NCBI RefSeq assembly: GCF_036321535.1
Contig: NC_087450.1
Location: 50,902,001 to 50,966,000, forward strand
Origin: Camelus dromedarius
Lineage: Eukaryota
Length of the DNA stretch: 64,000 nt
Direction of reading: 5' to 3'
Under the pieces are notes generated by a model that worked only from the letters and a program-made list of their open reading frames with translations, was not told the origin of the DNA and did not search any database. Every line of letters starts with the position of its first letter. Position 1 is the first letter of the stretch. The position numbers were made by a program, and so were the translations under genes. Below, piece after piece: positions 12,780 through 24,179 of this stretch.

Positions 12780-12930
12780 CACAGGTTGTTAACTTTTAAA
12801 GTTTACAGACCTGAGAATTTGATAAAAGCAATGAAGCAATTGTCAAGAAAAATGAATGCCCGCTTACTAGTACAACATTTATATTCAATTTTTGGAGGTT
12901 TTTGGACCGACCCTCTGAAGTTCCAAGGTA
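12780..12930 (+). mobile_element. Possible hAT-Charlie-type MITE fragment
   Basis: tgagaatttgataaaagcaatgaagcaattgtcaagaaaaatg..caatttttggaggtttttggaccgaccctctgaag resembles a recalled MER-type element; family not certain. Confidence 0.35.
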
Positions 12931-13109
12931 AAGGTCCTGTGACTCAATCCAGTGACAATAAAACAATGGGCAAAAATTACAGACAGAAAAGGAAATATAC
13001 ATGGTCACAAAAATATGAAAAGATTCTCTTGTCCACTAAAAACAAGAGTAACGCAAATCATACTGAGATACTATTTTTCACCAGCATTTGGCAATGATCA
13101 AAATGTTAT

Positions 13110-13200
13110 ATTATAAATTGTTTTTGAGACGTGCCCAAATCTCACAGCTGGTGAGTGGAGGGAGCTGGGGCTTGAGCCTAAGGCCTCTGACTTCAGATTC
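13110..13200 (-). mobile_element. MIR fragment
   Basis: tgcccaaatctcacagctggtgagtggagggagctggggcttgagcctaaggcctctgacttcag is an antisense MIR 5' half. Confidence 0.55.
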
Positions 13201-13580
13201 CTCTTTCTTTTCACTTAGCGGCATGGCCCTCATGAGATTCCTTGCATAGTTGATTGGGTGTGGGGCACGTAGCCTGATCAAACTCCCACACCTTGTTCTG
13301 GACCTTTCTGGAGGAGGCCACAAGGAGGAATAGCATCACATGGAAAAGAAAATGAAATTTTCAGTGGCCTGCAAGCAATTCCGGTTATCTTTTGTCTCCA
13401 GAGGGAGTGATAGCCATCTGACAATCACTTCCGGACACTTGACCTGCAGCCAGAGGACTGGCTGGATCTGTATCTGCCAGGAGGACTTGGGGAATTTATG
13501 CACCTGAGAGAGGAGGGTCTTGGTAATCAGTACTCCAGGCTCCAGTGTCCTGCCTCTGATTCTGGAGCCCTGAGCCTGAG

Positions 13581-13592
13581 GGGTCAAGGTCA
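13581..13592 (+). promoter_or_regulatory. Nuclear-receptor DR0 / TCAAGGTCA (NR5A, ERR, GCNF-type) motif
   Basis: GGGTCA-AGGTCA direct repeat with no spacer, containing a perfect TCAAGGTCA (13584-13592). Motif match only. Confidence 0.3.
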
Positions 13593-13625
13593 GGTGTAGG
13601 GGAGAGAGACAGAGGAGTAGCTGCT

Positions 13626-13653
13626 TTGGTCCTTGGGCCACAGTCATGACCCA
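13626..13653 (+). repeat. 28-bp exact direct repeat, copy 1
   Basis: ttggtccttgggccacagtcatgaccca, identical to 14910-14937. Confidence 0.95.
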
Positions 13654-14589
13654 GGGTTAGCATGGGCCCCAGAGGAGAAACGAAAAATAATAAGGGAGTG
13701 TGATAGCAAGAAAGTGAAGGAGGGAGAGAGGAAGAGGGAAAAGGAGGAGGAGAAAGGGGAGGGGGAAGGAGAGAGGTCACATATCTGTTTGTGTGAAGTC
13801 TCACCTTGGAGACTGCTCTTCTAGGTCAGGGCAGATACAGAGCAGACATTCTCCCTATCTCCTCTAGTACCAGATGGGGTGTATAATTATTTCACTGTGT
13901 GTACAGGATTTCTAGTTACATAATGACTAAAAGCAGATAAAGATCCAGCCAAGAGAACAGCAAACCATGGACATGATGCTAATAAAAGTCCTTAGCCAGG
14001 CTCAGGGCTTGGCTGCCAACCTGCTCTGGGGCAAGAGGGGTGGATAGAGCCAGGCATGAGGAGCCCTCCAAGAGCCTGAGGAGGAGGAGGAGGAGATGGT
14101 GGAGGGGGGGAGCAGCAAGGAAGGCCANNNNNNNNNNNNNNNNNNNNNNNNNNNNNNNNNNNNNNNNNNNNNNNNNNNNNNNNNNNNNNNNNNNNNNNNN
14201 NNNNNNNNNNNNNNNNNNNNNNNNNNNNNNNNNNNNNNNNNNNNNNNNNNNNNNNNNNNNNNNNNNNTACTAAAGGGATGCTCTGGTGCCAGGATCCAGC
14301 CGTGGCTCTTCCTCTCCCATGATGTCTTTTGGAGGCTGGGCCCGATGCCCCAGCCCGGCTCTAGTGAGGAGCCTGCCAAGGGATTTAGGCACCACTGGGA
14401 TAGATAGCCAGACAGAGGAAAGGGGACTGGGAAAACCAAGATAATTGGGTCAAATACTTTTATGTATTTTAGAGTTTTGGCAACTGGTAACTTGAGGGTA
14501 TGTCCATGGAGTCTATGACTGCTGGAAACTAAAGGTCTTTTCCACAAATTCTGACTGTTCAGGGCAGGCTTTACCATCCATCTATCTGT

Positions 14590-14900
14590 TCGTCTGGGCC
14601 ATCCATCCACCTATCCATCCACTCGTCCTTTGAGCAAGCATGTCATGCCAGTCATTTTGCTTGGCTCTAGAGATACAGAGATAAATAAGACATACATAGT
14701 CTTTCCACCTGAAAGACTCAGGGTATGGGAGGAGATAGAAATACCAACCGTCGAGCACAATGAAGTGCCTCAGGTGCTGTAATTGACTCTGCAGAGGTCC
14801 CTTGAGTCAAGGAAGGATCTGGGTGGTTAGTAAAACTGCAGAGAGCAGGTGACCCTTGAGCTCGGGTCTGGTAGCTGAAGGTATGTTTGGCATATAGGCC
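14590..14900 (-). mobile_element. LINE-2 3' fragment
   Basis: catccatccacctatccatcc..tttgagc..ggctctagagatacagagataaataagaca matches the antisense L2 tail. Confidence 0.65.
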
Positions 14901-14909
14901 TAGACAGCC

Positions 14910-14937
14910 TTGGTCCTTGGGCCACAGTCATGACCCA
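14910..14937 (+). repeat. 28-bp exact direct repeat, copy 2
   Basis: Identical to 13626-13653; flanks unrelated. Confidence 0.95.
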
Positions 14938-16269
14938 AGACTCCAGAGGCTGCCCTGGGGTAGCCCAAGATATACTCAGTATAGCTTCAATTCTAACCCA
15001 AACCTATGCCTTGCATAGATTCTCAGCCTGGTATTAGGGACTCTCAGTGATCTGACCTCGAGCTACAATTTTCATTTCATCTCTGCTGCTCCCCACCCCC
15101 CGGCTACACGGGCCGTGTCATGCTGTTCCCTGCCTCCTTGCCTGTGACCAGGTTGCTCTGTCTTCTTGGGCTGCCTTCCTTTACCCTACTAGGTTCTTTT
15201 TGAGACCTAGGGTATTGCCTTCCTGGAGGGCTCAGTGTTGCATTTATGGAGATATAAGCAGGGGATTGAGCAGAGACCCCACTGTGTGCAGCAGTGTGTG
15301 TTTGAGGAGCCGTGTGCGACGAGGCTGGGAGTTGGTGGGTAGGTGTAGGCTGAGAGGAGGGTGATGCTTTGGGAAGGTATGAAGCAGGCCTGGGGCTTAC
15401 TGATCGGAGGAAGGGGGCGGTAGGCGTCTCACCCACTTCCTTATACCCTAATCCTGACGACCCTCCACCTCATTGACTGAATCATCAGCTGTAGGAAAGT
15501 AGGCCTGAAAAGGTCATGTGACTTTCTGCCTTCCGTTCTCTAGGAATTTCTAAATCTGTAGTTCTGATATGTCCTCAAGTTTTGGAGAAGTTGCTTTTCC
15601 TGTTTCATAGTTTCACTCTCTGAGCTAAGGAAATGAGGTACCAGTGGTTCTGAGGGGCCTTCTGAATGGATTGAACTAGCCCCTTGGTAGCATGGGACTG
15701 CGCCCCAGCAAGGGATAGGCGTTGGCGGTGGAGGGCTCAGGGTTCAGCTGGCCTGCAACAATCAGCCCGAGGCTCAGCCCCTTCCAGCTCAGTAAGCTTA
15801 AGCCACGGGCTGGTGGGGGCTGGGTGTTGTCCGGAGCTGCAGATGCCTGGGGGCTGAAGCTGCCACGGATGTTCTCAGGGAGGCACTGGCACCGAGCAGG
15901 GGTGCAGGATCGAGCCACAGGGGCAAGAGATTCAAATGGAAGTTTTCTGTTAGTACCTGGAGTGAGCTGGGTGAGACCTCACCCCCTGGGGCCTCTGTCC
16001 TCCTATCTGGGAAGTGATGAGGTTGGACTAGCTGCTCTTAGAGCATCTTTCCAGTTCTCTGTTACTTGGCAATAGGCCTCTGTGAAGTGAATGGTCCACA
16101 CGTGGTGCCAGGGCTATTTCAGGGACAATGATAAGATGTGGAGAAGGTAGAAGGGCTGAGTGTTACCGCTCAGTCCAGCCTCCACAAGTGCCACTAGCAG
16201 CTGAGTGGCCCACAGGCTCAGGGCCTGCGGACAGTATGTGGGGCACTCCATGGATGTGGCGCTTCTCTG

Positions 16270-16560
16270 GGACACCGATGCCTCTCTTTAGCACTTGTTT
16301 GTTCACTCATGTCCCTAATCTGTCCAGTTCTGTGCCAGCCATGCCGAGTGGGGATGAGTTTTTGTACTGAGAAGGGGCAGACTGGCCACTGTCCCCAGGT
16401 AGCCTACGACTGAGGTGAGTTGGGCTCAGAGCTCGGGTGGGGCCCAGCACCAGGAGGGACTGTGAAGCAGGCTGAGGAAGCTTCCTAGAGGAGCTGGGAC
16501 CAGAGCAGGGCCTGGAGGTGGAGGATTTGGCCCGGTATAGGGCAGAGGGACCTAGGGAGG
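16270..16560 (-). mobile_element. LINE-2 fragment
   Basis: ttgtttgttcactcatg..tgtgccagcc..gaggaagcttcctagaggagctgggacc resembles antisense L2. Confidence 0.45.
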
Positions 16561-17784
16561 GAGAGAGCAGAGCAATTTTTCTCTAGCTGTTATAGGAAAG
16601 AAAGAGCTGGAACCACTTTGCACATTTGTTCCTTTGTGGATCTGGAGTTGCTGGAGATCCATCTGGAAATGTGCTCTAATCAGCTGTCTCTCAGCAGGAA
16701 AGGGGAGACTGGGTAATACACCAGCCAGCCCAGTGCCAGCGTCAGGGTCCTGAGCTCTCAGGCGCCCCCAGCTTGTAGATGGGGGAGCTGAGACTGGGGG
16801 GCTGTGGGTGAACAGAGATCACACTGCAGGTGGCAGCAGAGTGGGGGCTGGGATTTAGAGTCCAGATATGCTCCTGGAACCTTTCAGCCCAAACGGCCTT
16901 CCCGGGTCACCCCTCTTTGCCTTCTGGGCCTCATCTCCAGCTCCCCCTCACCTGCACTCTGCACCCCAAACTGTGCCAGTCCCCATGGCCCGTGCTGTCC
17001 CTTCTCTCAGCCCCATGCCCGCATCCACCTCTTGGCAGGCCTTGGCCTCCCTTCTCCCCAGGAGACTCCTCTTCATCCTCTGCTCTGGTGTTTGCTGCTC
17101 TCTGGAGCTGCGCCACCCCTGTGCTTTGCTGCCTCTCTCCCTGGGGCTCACCTGACTGCAGTTATAAGGAAGCAATCACCTCCTGGGGTGTGAGCTCCTT
17201 GCAAGCAGGCCCCGGGCATTATTATCTCTCTATTCCTAGCACGCACAGGATACTTGCGAAGGTACTGGATAAACAAGTGAATGCAACCGTCCTGGCCACG
17301 TGCCCCGTGTCTCTGCTTTGTTCTTCCTCTGGCCGTGCCCTTCCCCAGAGGACGGGTTCAAAGTGACGCTTCCAAAGGGAGCCTGGAGCCAGGCCCCCTC
17401 CCCTGCAAACAGCTGGTGCCAGGGGCCCTGGAATCCTCTGCCCAGATGGCCCTGAGGCCTGCTTGGGGACCTTGTGAGGGTCTGCCTGAGGCCCAGTGAG
17501 GGCAGCTCTAGGCCTGAGGCCCTCACGAAGGCCCTGGTGGTGTGGGCCGGAGCCGGAGCTGGGATGGACAGAGGGGTGGGCCACAGTCTCGCACTTGTCC
17601 TCTTGCCCCAGGCCCTGCCCACGTTAGAGGCGGCCTGAATGAGTGACTTCATTCTCAGTGGAGCTGCATGTGTTGGGGACCCGAGAGCCAGGCTGAGGCT
17701 GGGAGGGGGTTTCAGGATAGTTGGGGACAAATGGGGCAGATGTGCCTTGGCCTTCTGGTGTGTTGAATCTTTGGAGTTAATCAT

Positions 17785-17990
17785 CCTCGTATCAATAGGT
17801 AGCATTTAATGAGCACCAACTGTGGACCTGACCCCATGTTGAGAGTTTGTGCCATTTGTATGTTTGAATCTTCACAACGGTTCTTGCAGTGAGGACTAAT
17901 ATTGTTGCAACTTACAGAAGAAACCGAGGCTCAGAATTACACCACAAGGACTCAGACACCTGTCTGTGACTTTGATCCTGTCTGAGCTTT
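17785..17990 (-). mobile_element. MIR
   Basis: aataggtagcatttaatgagcacc..ttacagaagaaaccgaggctcaga. Confidence 0.7.
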
Positions 17991-18387
17991 TGACCACCTC
18001 TCAGAGGGAGGCCTGTGGTGGGTGCGCTCAGCATTGGGGTGTCTCTGCGTCCAGCACCTGCTGCACTTGGGCAGGAAAGATGCAGCTTATGTGGGGCCTG
18101 GCTCTGGGGGGCTGCTTGGTTCCCAGGGGGAGGGTTAGAGGAGCCCGGGGGATGGGGGCGCTCTGACTGGGGCCAGGGGGTGAGGGCAGGAGGCTTGGCC
18201 TGATGTGGCTCTGTGACCTGGGCCTGCTGGGAGCTGGGTGCTCTCCACCTGCTCCATGCATCTCACTTGGGAAGTCAGCACTAGAAAGAAGCGTCCTTCC
18301 TTCCCCTCAGGATCAAGTTTTGGATTCTCTCCACAAGGGAATATCCAGAAGCCCAGTGTTTTTGCTGCACCAGGGAAGACTTCATAT

Positions 18388-18481
18388 GGGGTGGGGAGTA
18401 TAGCTCAGTGGTAGAGTGCGTGATTGGTGTGCACAAGGTTCTGGGTTCAATTCCCTGTACTTCCGTTAAGTGGGGGCAAAA
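18388..18481 (+). mobile_element. tRNA-Ala-derived SINE (Vic-1-like), short-tailed older copy
   Basis: A box tagctcagtgg and B box ggttcaattcc; diverged TSD agggaagacttcata (18372-18386) / agggaaggctccaca (18482-18496). Confidence 0.8.
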
Positions 18482-18769
18482 AGGGAAGGCTCCACAGTAA
18501 CAAAAATGTGATATTATTATTATATTATCATGATTATGATCTTTACAGTGGCCACTGGGCCTCAATTAGCCCCACTTCCAGGTGTACCCAGGCTGTACAG
18601 ATGCTCTTCTGTTGTGCTTCCCGAATATTAGAGCCGTTTCCACTGTTCGTGCACTTTGAGAGCTCACTCCTGTTAGGGGTCAGGTATTTATTGAGGTCAA
18701 GATGAACAAGGGGCAGGGAAGTGGCAGGAGTGTGGCCTTAAGATGGGGATTTTGATGTGTGAATCTGCC

Positions 18770-18935
18770 GCTCGCCATCTCACTGCAGCTACTACCTGGG
18801 ACTGGGCATGCAGTCTCCCAGAGCCTCAGTATTCTCATCTGTTAAATGGGAATTCTCCCTGGAGGCATCGTTGTCAGGCTCAAATGCTGACATATGGTTG
18901 ATGTTCAGTGGTCACTTACAGTTATTGTCTTTCTC
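18770..18935 (+). mobile_element. MIR
   Basis: gagcctcagtattctcatctgttaaatggg is the MIR core. Confidence 0.7.
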
Positions 18936-18995
18936 ACTTTCTGAAACAGTTTCTTGAGCTGTTAAGGGGAAATTGTTCTTAGAAGTCAAGCCGTA

Positions 18996-19144
18996 GGGGG
19001 AGAGTATAGCTCAGTGGTAGAGCACGTGCTTAGCATGCACAAGGTCCTGGGTTCAATCCCCAGTACCTCCATTAAAATAAATAAATAAATAAACCTAATA
19101 ACCTTCTTCCTGCTGCCCCCCCACCCCCACCAAAAGATAAAATA
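18996..19144 (+). mobile_element. tRNA-Ala-derived SINE (Vic-1-like), young copy
   Basis: tRNA-Ala(AGC)-like head, tail attaaaataaataaataaataaacctaataacc, and perfect 12-bp TSD agaagtcaagcc at 18981-18992 and 19145-19156. Confidence 0.9.
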
Positions 19145-22100
19145 AGAAGTCAAGCCACCTTCTCTCATGTGGGGTCTGGGTTTTCTTTCCCAGAAGCATG
19201 GGCATGTGGGGAACAGAACAGGATGATCTCTGCTCCTCAGCCTGTGTCCTAAGCTCATTTCTCAAAGGACAAAGGGGCTTCATGGGGCAGCGGCTGGAGG
19301 CATTGTTGGAAAGCCTACGTTTAGTCTGTGAGGAGAGTGGGAAGTAGGACCAAACTTCCCTAACAGCCTTCCTATCTTGGGGATTGTTATTCGTTACGCC
19401 TTTTTTCCCCCTCACAGAGGGAAGAACGCTGGGTGAGCCAGAGCGCTGTCATGGGCAGGCAGAGATTTATTGTCTGCTCTGTTTTCTGGGTTTCCGCCTG
19501 TCCTCAGCCAGCCTCAGAGAGGAGCACTGGGCTGCCGAGCCGCCCGCAGCTGGCTGGGCTGGAAAGGATGGAGGCAACCCTTTTGGCTTTGGGGCAGGCG
19601 CAGCCCGAGTGTTTTGGACCATCTTTTCCCCAAGCTCTGTTTAAACATCCACCGAGCTCAGCTGGCCTGGCATTCGGAACCAGCCATTGTGTCCTTGGTG
19701 ACTCATTTGCACCAAACTCCCCTGGAAATTCTGGAGAAAGAGGGTTCCAGAGACATTTTCAATTTTATTCCAGTGGTAAAGCATTTGGTGTTTGTCCCTC
19801 AAATCCCTGGCTCCCCGGTGGAGACGGCCTTCTGCTGGCCGGGCGTGGGGGGACAGCACTCTGCTCTCCCTTCCCTGATACCCATGAACCCACAGACCAG
19901 GAGCTCCTCGACAGCTGGCAGGGTCCCCTTCGTGCCCGTGTCCTGGCACCCGCGACATGCTCAGTGAATGGATGGAACTTTAAAAGAGAAAAGGCTGGGC
20001 ATAGCCAAGTGAGCCCCAGGGCTGCTCCCATCCTCCTCGCTGGACCCCAGAGGAAGGACAAAGCAGACAGCGTTCTCAGGCAGACATGGGGCAAGGAAGG
20101 GGGAGTCGGGGAGGGGGTGCAGGAGATCCAGGATGTACCAGGACCTTGTTGCCTGTCCCTGGAGTGTTTGCCATCTTCTCTGCAGGACCTCTCACTTGTG
20201 TTCCCACAGTGTGGCAGGAGAGGGCGGTCAGAGCCAGCACTGGGTTTCCTGCTGGCCTCCTGCTGGGAGCCTGCTTTGCTGGCTCCCTTTTCTCTCACTC
20301 TGTTAACCCCAGCAGCCAGAGGGCCCTCTCACTGGCCCCTTGGGACACCTGGTCCGCACAGTGTCAGAATCTGCGCTCGTCTTGGGGGTCTCTGCCTCAG
20401 CCCTTCCACTAGTCTGAGTAGTGCAGGGCACGATGGGGTCACTCCTCCCTCCCAGCACCTTCCCCAGCAAGATTCTTCTTCTTCTTTTTTTTAAACCAGA
20501 CCTCTTTTTGCTTAAATAAGGCCTTAGGGAGATAGGAGGTTATGAGTGTGAGGACACAGTTGGGTGGACCAGTGAGGGGGTGGGGAAGGTAGCCACCTGC
20601 TATGCTGGTGACTTTGACAGGTAGAAAGTTCTTCCTTCTACTGCGCAGACGTCTGAGTTCAGGAAGCGCACACTGGCGACTCTGGCACAGAGTCCTCTGT
20701 GACTCTGAACAAGTACCAGCCATCAGTTGACCTAAGTAGCCATCAGCCAGGGCTCCAGTTCCCTGGGGTGGGGTGATGCCCAGGATAGTGCCTTGTTCTT
20801 GGGGGTCTGAGAGGGGCACAGCCTCTGCTTCTTGGCTTCTTATAAGATCTTCTTGTTTTATAATCTAGGAGCTTATAAGCTTGGGAACTGCTTTCAGGGG
20901 CCAGTGGCAGATAACACCTCTGAGCTGACTTGGAAGTGACTTGGGCCTGATGAGAGGAAGTCCCCGCTCTGGCTGGATGCTGCGAGAGCTCGCTTCCCAC
21001 TGCCCACGTGATCTCCCTTAGAGTAGGGTTTGAAGACAGAAGGGCCTAGCCCCTAGACCCCAGCTTCCAGCCTTCCCTTGTATTTCATTAATTCTCTCAC
21101 TCCCACTTCATTTGTATGACAGTCTCATGAACTGAGGACACCTTAGCCCCGAGGCTGGGACAGCTGATCTAAGACCGTAGAGCCAGTGAGTGGGGATTCC
21201 CAGCCTGGGGCACTCTCTTCCTCTCCACATGACCTTGCAACTCCATTCCTGCAGTTTCCCTTCTCCTCGAGGCTGAGCATGGAGGCTCTAGGACCTCTTA
21301 CTGCCAGGCCTAGGGTGGGACTGGGGTGGGGGCACTTCTCCGACCACACATCTGAAGAAGGAGGCAGATGGTTTTACCCTTGGCCTGTCTTCTCACTGAG
21401 CTTCCTTTCTTCGTCTCTCTTTTAATTTTGGTTTCATGTTTGCCCCTCCAGCATCACGCCATCAGGTTTCAAGGTGGGAAAGAAAAACCCAGTTAATAGG
21501 TTGTTTGAAGGTGCTAGAGGACATGCGTGGCTGGAACCCGGTGTCCTCCTCCTAGCTCAAACTCCCTCCTGCCACTGCGCCCCACCCCTAGTTGTGCTAA
21601 AATCAGTGTACGTTTGGGGCAGCATCTCCATGACCTTGCCGGCTGTGTGCAAGGCCCAGGGAAGGCGCATCACAGGGTCTGGAGGCTGAGTGCTCCGGCC
21701 CTCCCCTGAGTCCTCTGTCTTGGGTCAGTCTGTCCTCCCTAAGCCCCTTCTTCTCAGGAAGCTCCTGTTCATACATTCCATTTTGTGTATCAAGCAACTG
21801 TCTTGCAAACAGCGTTGTTGGTAATTGGTAGGAATGGCTATTAGTTTCGGAGGCTGGCGCCTGCTAAGACCAGCCTAACACCAGCGGCTGCTTTTTTCCT
21901 TTTTTTTTTTTTTTTCAGCTTTCCTCATATTATTGTAGAAATTACAGAAAAATATTTGGCTCGTCATACTCAACAATATATATGGCTGATTCCCTGTCAT
22001 TGTATTAATCCTAGAAAAATAAACCTCTTGGCATCTTGCAGATTTTCCCCGAGTGGAGAGGAACACAGGTTCCCATGTGTATTGAAAGCTATTAAACGTC

Positions 22101-22429
22101 TTTCTGTGTAGCGTTGTGCCTAGGAAGACACCGGTGTGATTAATCAGACTGAGTTCGTGGTACACATTGTCAGGGCTTGGTTGAGTGTTGGGGTGTGTTG
22201 ACATTGTGCACAGATCCTCCGGGTTTGGACTCTGGGATGTCTGACAGCATGAAGGCCCACATTTGGGGCTGGTTATGGGGGAATTAGGCAAGGCCAGGCA
22301 TGCAGCTAGACTTACTGGAGCAGGAAGAGAGGGGTCTGGCTTGCTATGGCAGCCAAGACTCAAGGAAAGTCCGTGATAACAAGATCCCTTGGGGAGGGGC
22401 TCTCCTGTTCTGGAACATGCTATGAAGTG

Positions 22430-22564
22430 TTTTTTTAAAATTTGTTTTGAGGGCGTAGGTAATTAGGTTTATTTATTTTATTTATTATTAATGGAGACAC
22501 AGGATTGAACCCAGGACCTCGTGCATGCTAAGCACGCACTCTACCCCTGAGCTATACCTTCCCC
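22430..22564 (-). mobile_element. tRNA-Ala-derived SINE (Vic-1-like)
   Basis: Reverse complement: ggggaaggtatagctcaggggtagagtgcgtgcttagcatgcacgaggtcctgggttcaatcc..taataataaataaaataaataaacctaattacc. Confidence 0.88.
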
Positions 22565-22589
22565 TGCATAAAATGGTTTTTGCTGGAAC

Positions 22590-22790
22590 CCTGAGGCCAT
22601 CTCACATTCATTCTTTCATGGGAGCTGGTGAGATAAGCAAGGCTGATGTGACTATGTCCATTTTATGGATGAGAAAATGAAGGCCCAGGCCGGCAGAATG
22701 ACTTGCCTGAAGCCACAGGGAACTGAGTGGTCAAGCAGAGGCTTGAATGGGGGCCTCGTGATTTCGAGGGCAGCTTTCCATCCATTTCAC
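22590..22790 (-). mobile_element. MIR
   Basis: ccattttatggatgagaaaatgaaggcccagg..tgacttgcctgaagccaca. Confidence 0.7.
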
Positions 22791-24179
22791 ATGGCCACTA
22801 CCAGTTATCTGTACGACTGACTGTTCCTTCCTTGGTGTTTTTGCCCCATTTTCCCTGCTCTTGGAGGCACCAGCAGACAGCTGTGTCCTGGTTCAGTTGA
22901 CTCTCCTTTCAGCATTTGCTCTGCCCACTGACGAATGCTTGTCTTCCTTTTGTGGCAGGTGCCCACTGTCACCAGGGCCTGGGCCGTCCCCAGCTACCCT
23001 GGACTTGGTGGCAGCTTGGCCCTGCAAAGCCTGCAGCCCAGCTTTCCCCTGGCACAGCCGGAAACATAATTCTTATTTCCTGGCTCCAGGGTCTGTCCCT
23101 TTGAAGGCAAAATTGCCGTTTTCCTCTTTGAGGATCATCTGAACCCGAGCAGTATTTCAGTTTATTGACTTGGCTTGAACCTAAAACCGCAGGTGGGGAA
23201 AATACAACCTTCCCAGCTCAGGGTCCATTCCTTTGGGAAAACGGGGAAGGAAAAACTGGTCTTTTCATGGCCACTGTCTTTTTGCCGTGAAGGAAGGCAT
23301 TGCCAGTTCTGAAAGTCGAACCAGACTTTCCTTGGAGACATTTGTGGCTCACAAAATTGCAAGAGTTTCCTTCAATTGGTTGTAATGTTCCTCGGAATTT
23401 ACAGTCTGGGATGCTCCCCTGAGTCCTGTTCTCTTGCAGGATCCCCACATGTGAGCTCCACTTTGTCCAGGGGAGCGGGGCCAACAAGAGGCAAAGATGG
23501 GCACGTTGGTCCTCTCCCCAGCTTCCTGTGGGATTGTGTAGGGGTCAGCACTGTGTGTTCTCAAGGCTCTGGGAGTTTTGAACTTGGCTCCCAATTCAGC
23601 CTCTCGTTTCCAAATTATTTTTGTTCTTATGACAGCAGGCAGAGCTCATTCACTGAGTTAGAAAGAAACTTGATGGGGTGGGGGTGGGGGCCGATGAATG
23701 CTTTGGGAACATCCTACTTGTTTTTAACCTATTTCTCTTTTTTTATGTATTTATATCTTCTATGTATACATTCATTCTATCTCATCCATGTTCCTTCCTT
23801 CCATCCATCTGTATCTCCATTTTTAAGAGCTATTTCTGACCAGCTGGCTCAGATACACACTAGTTCATGAACTATGTATCCTCAATAATGTCTATTATTT
23901 AAACAACTTCAAAAATGTGACCTGTGTTTTTTAACTTTTCAGGTCTCATTTTTCTGGGGCATAAATTTGAACCCAGAAATGGGTTGACTACGTAGTGCTT
24001 TGTACTTAAAAGACCATTTTGTCTTTTAGCAGCGCCTCACATGTGGGTCTTTGCTGACACAGTCCTTTATAATTTGGTTTACGGGTTTTTTTTTGTTTTT
24101 TTTTTTTTTAACTTCCTTCTGAATTACGAGCATGGTTGCAAGGTCTTGGCCTCCCTCTCCAGTTTGATGACTATTAGGT

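Noticed and set aside
18996-19071. tRNA-Ala(AGC) gene
   Set aside because: Extra 5' bases, CpG-decay mismatches in the stems, an A-rich SINE tail and a perfect TSD make it a SINE. The same applies to the other three copies.
19433-20494. 353-aa ORF, the longest in the window
   Set aside because: Pro/Gly/Ser/Leu-rich composition typical of GC-rich non-coding DNA, no recognisable domain, and equally long overlapping ORFs on both strands.
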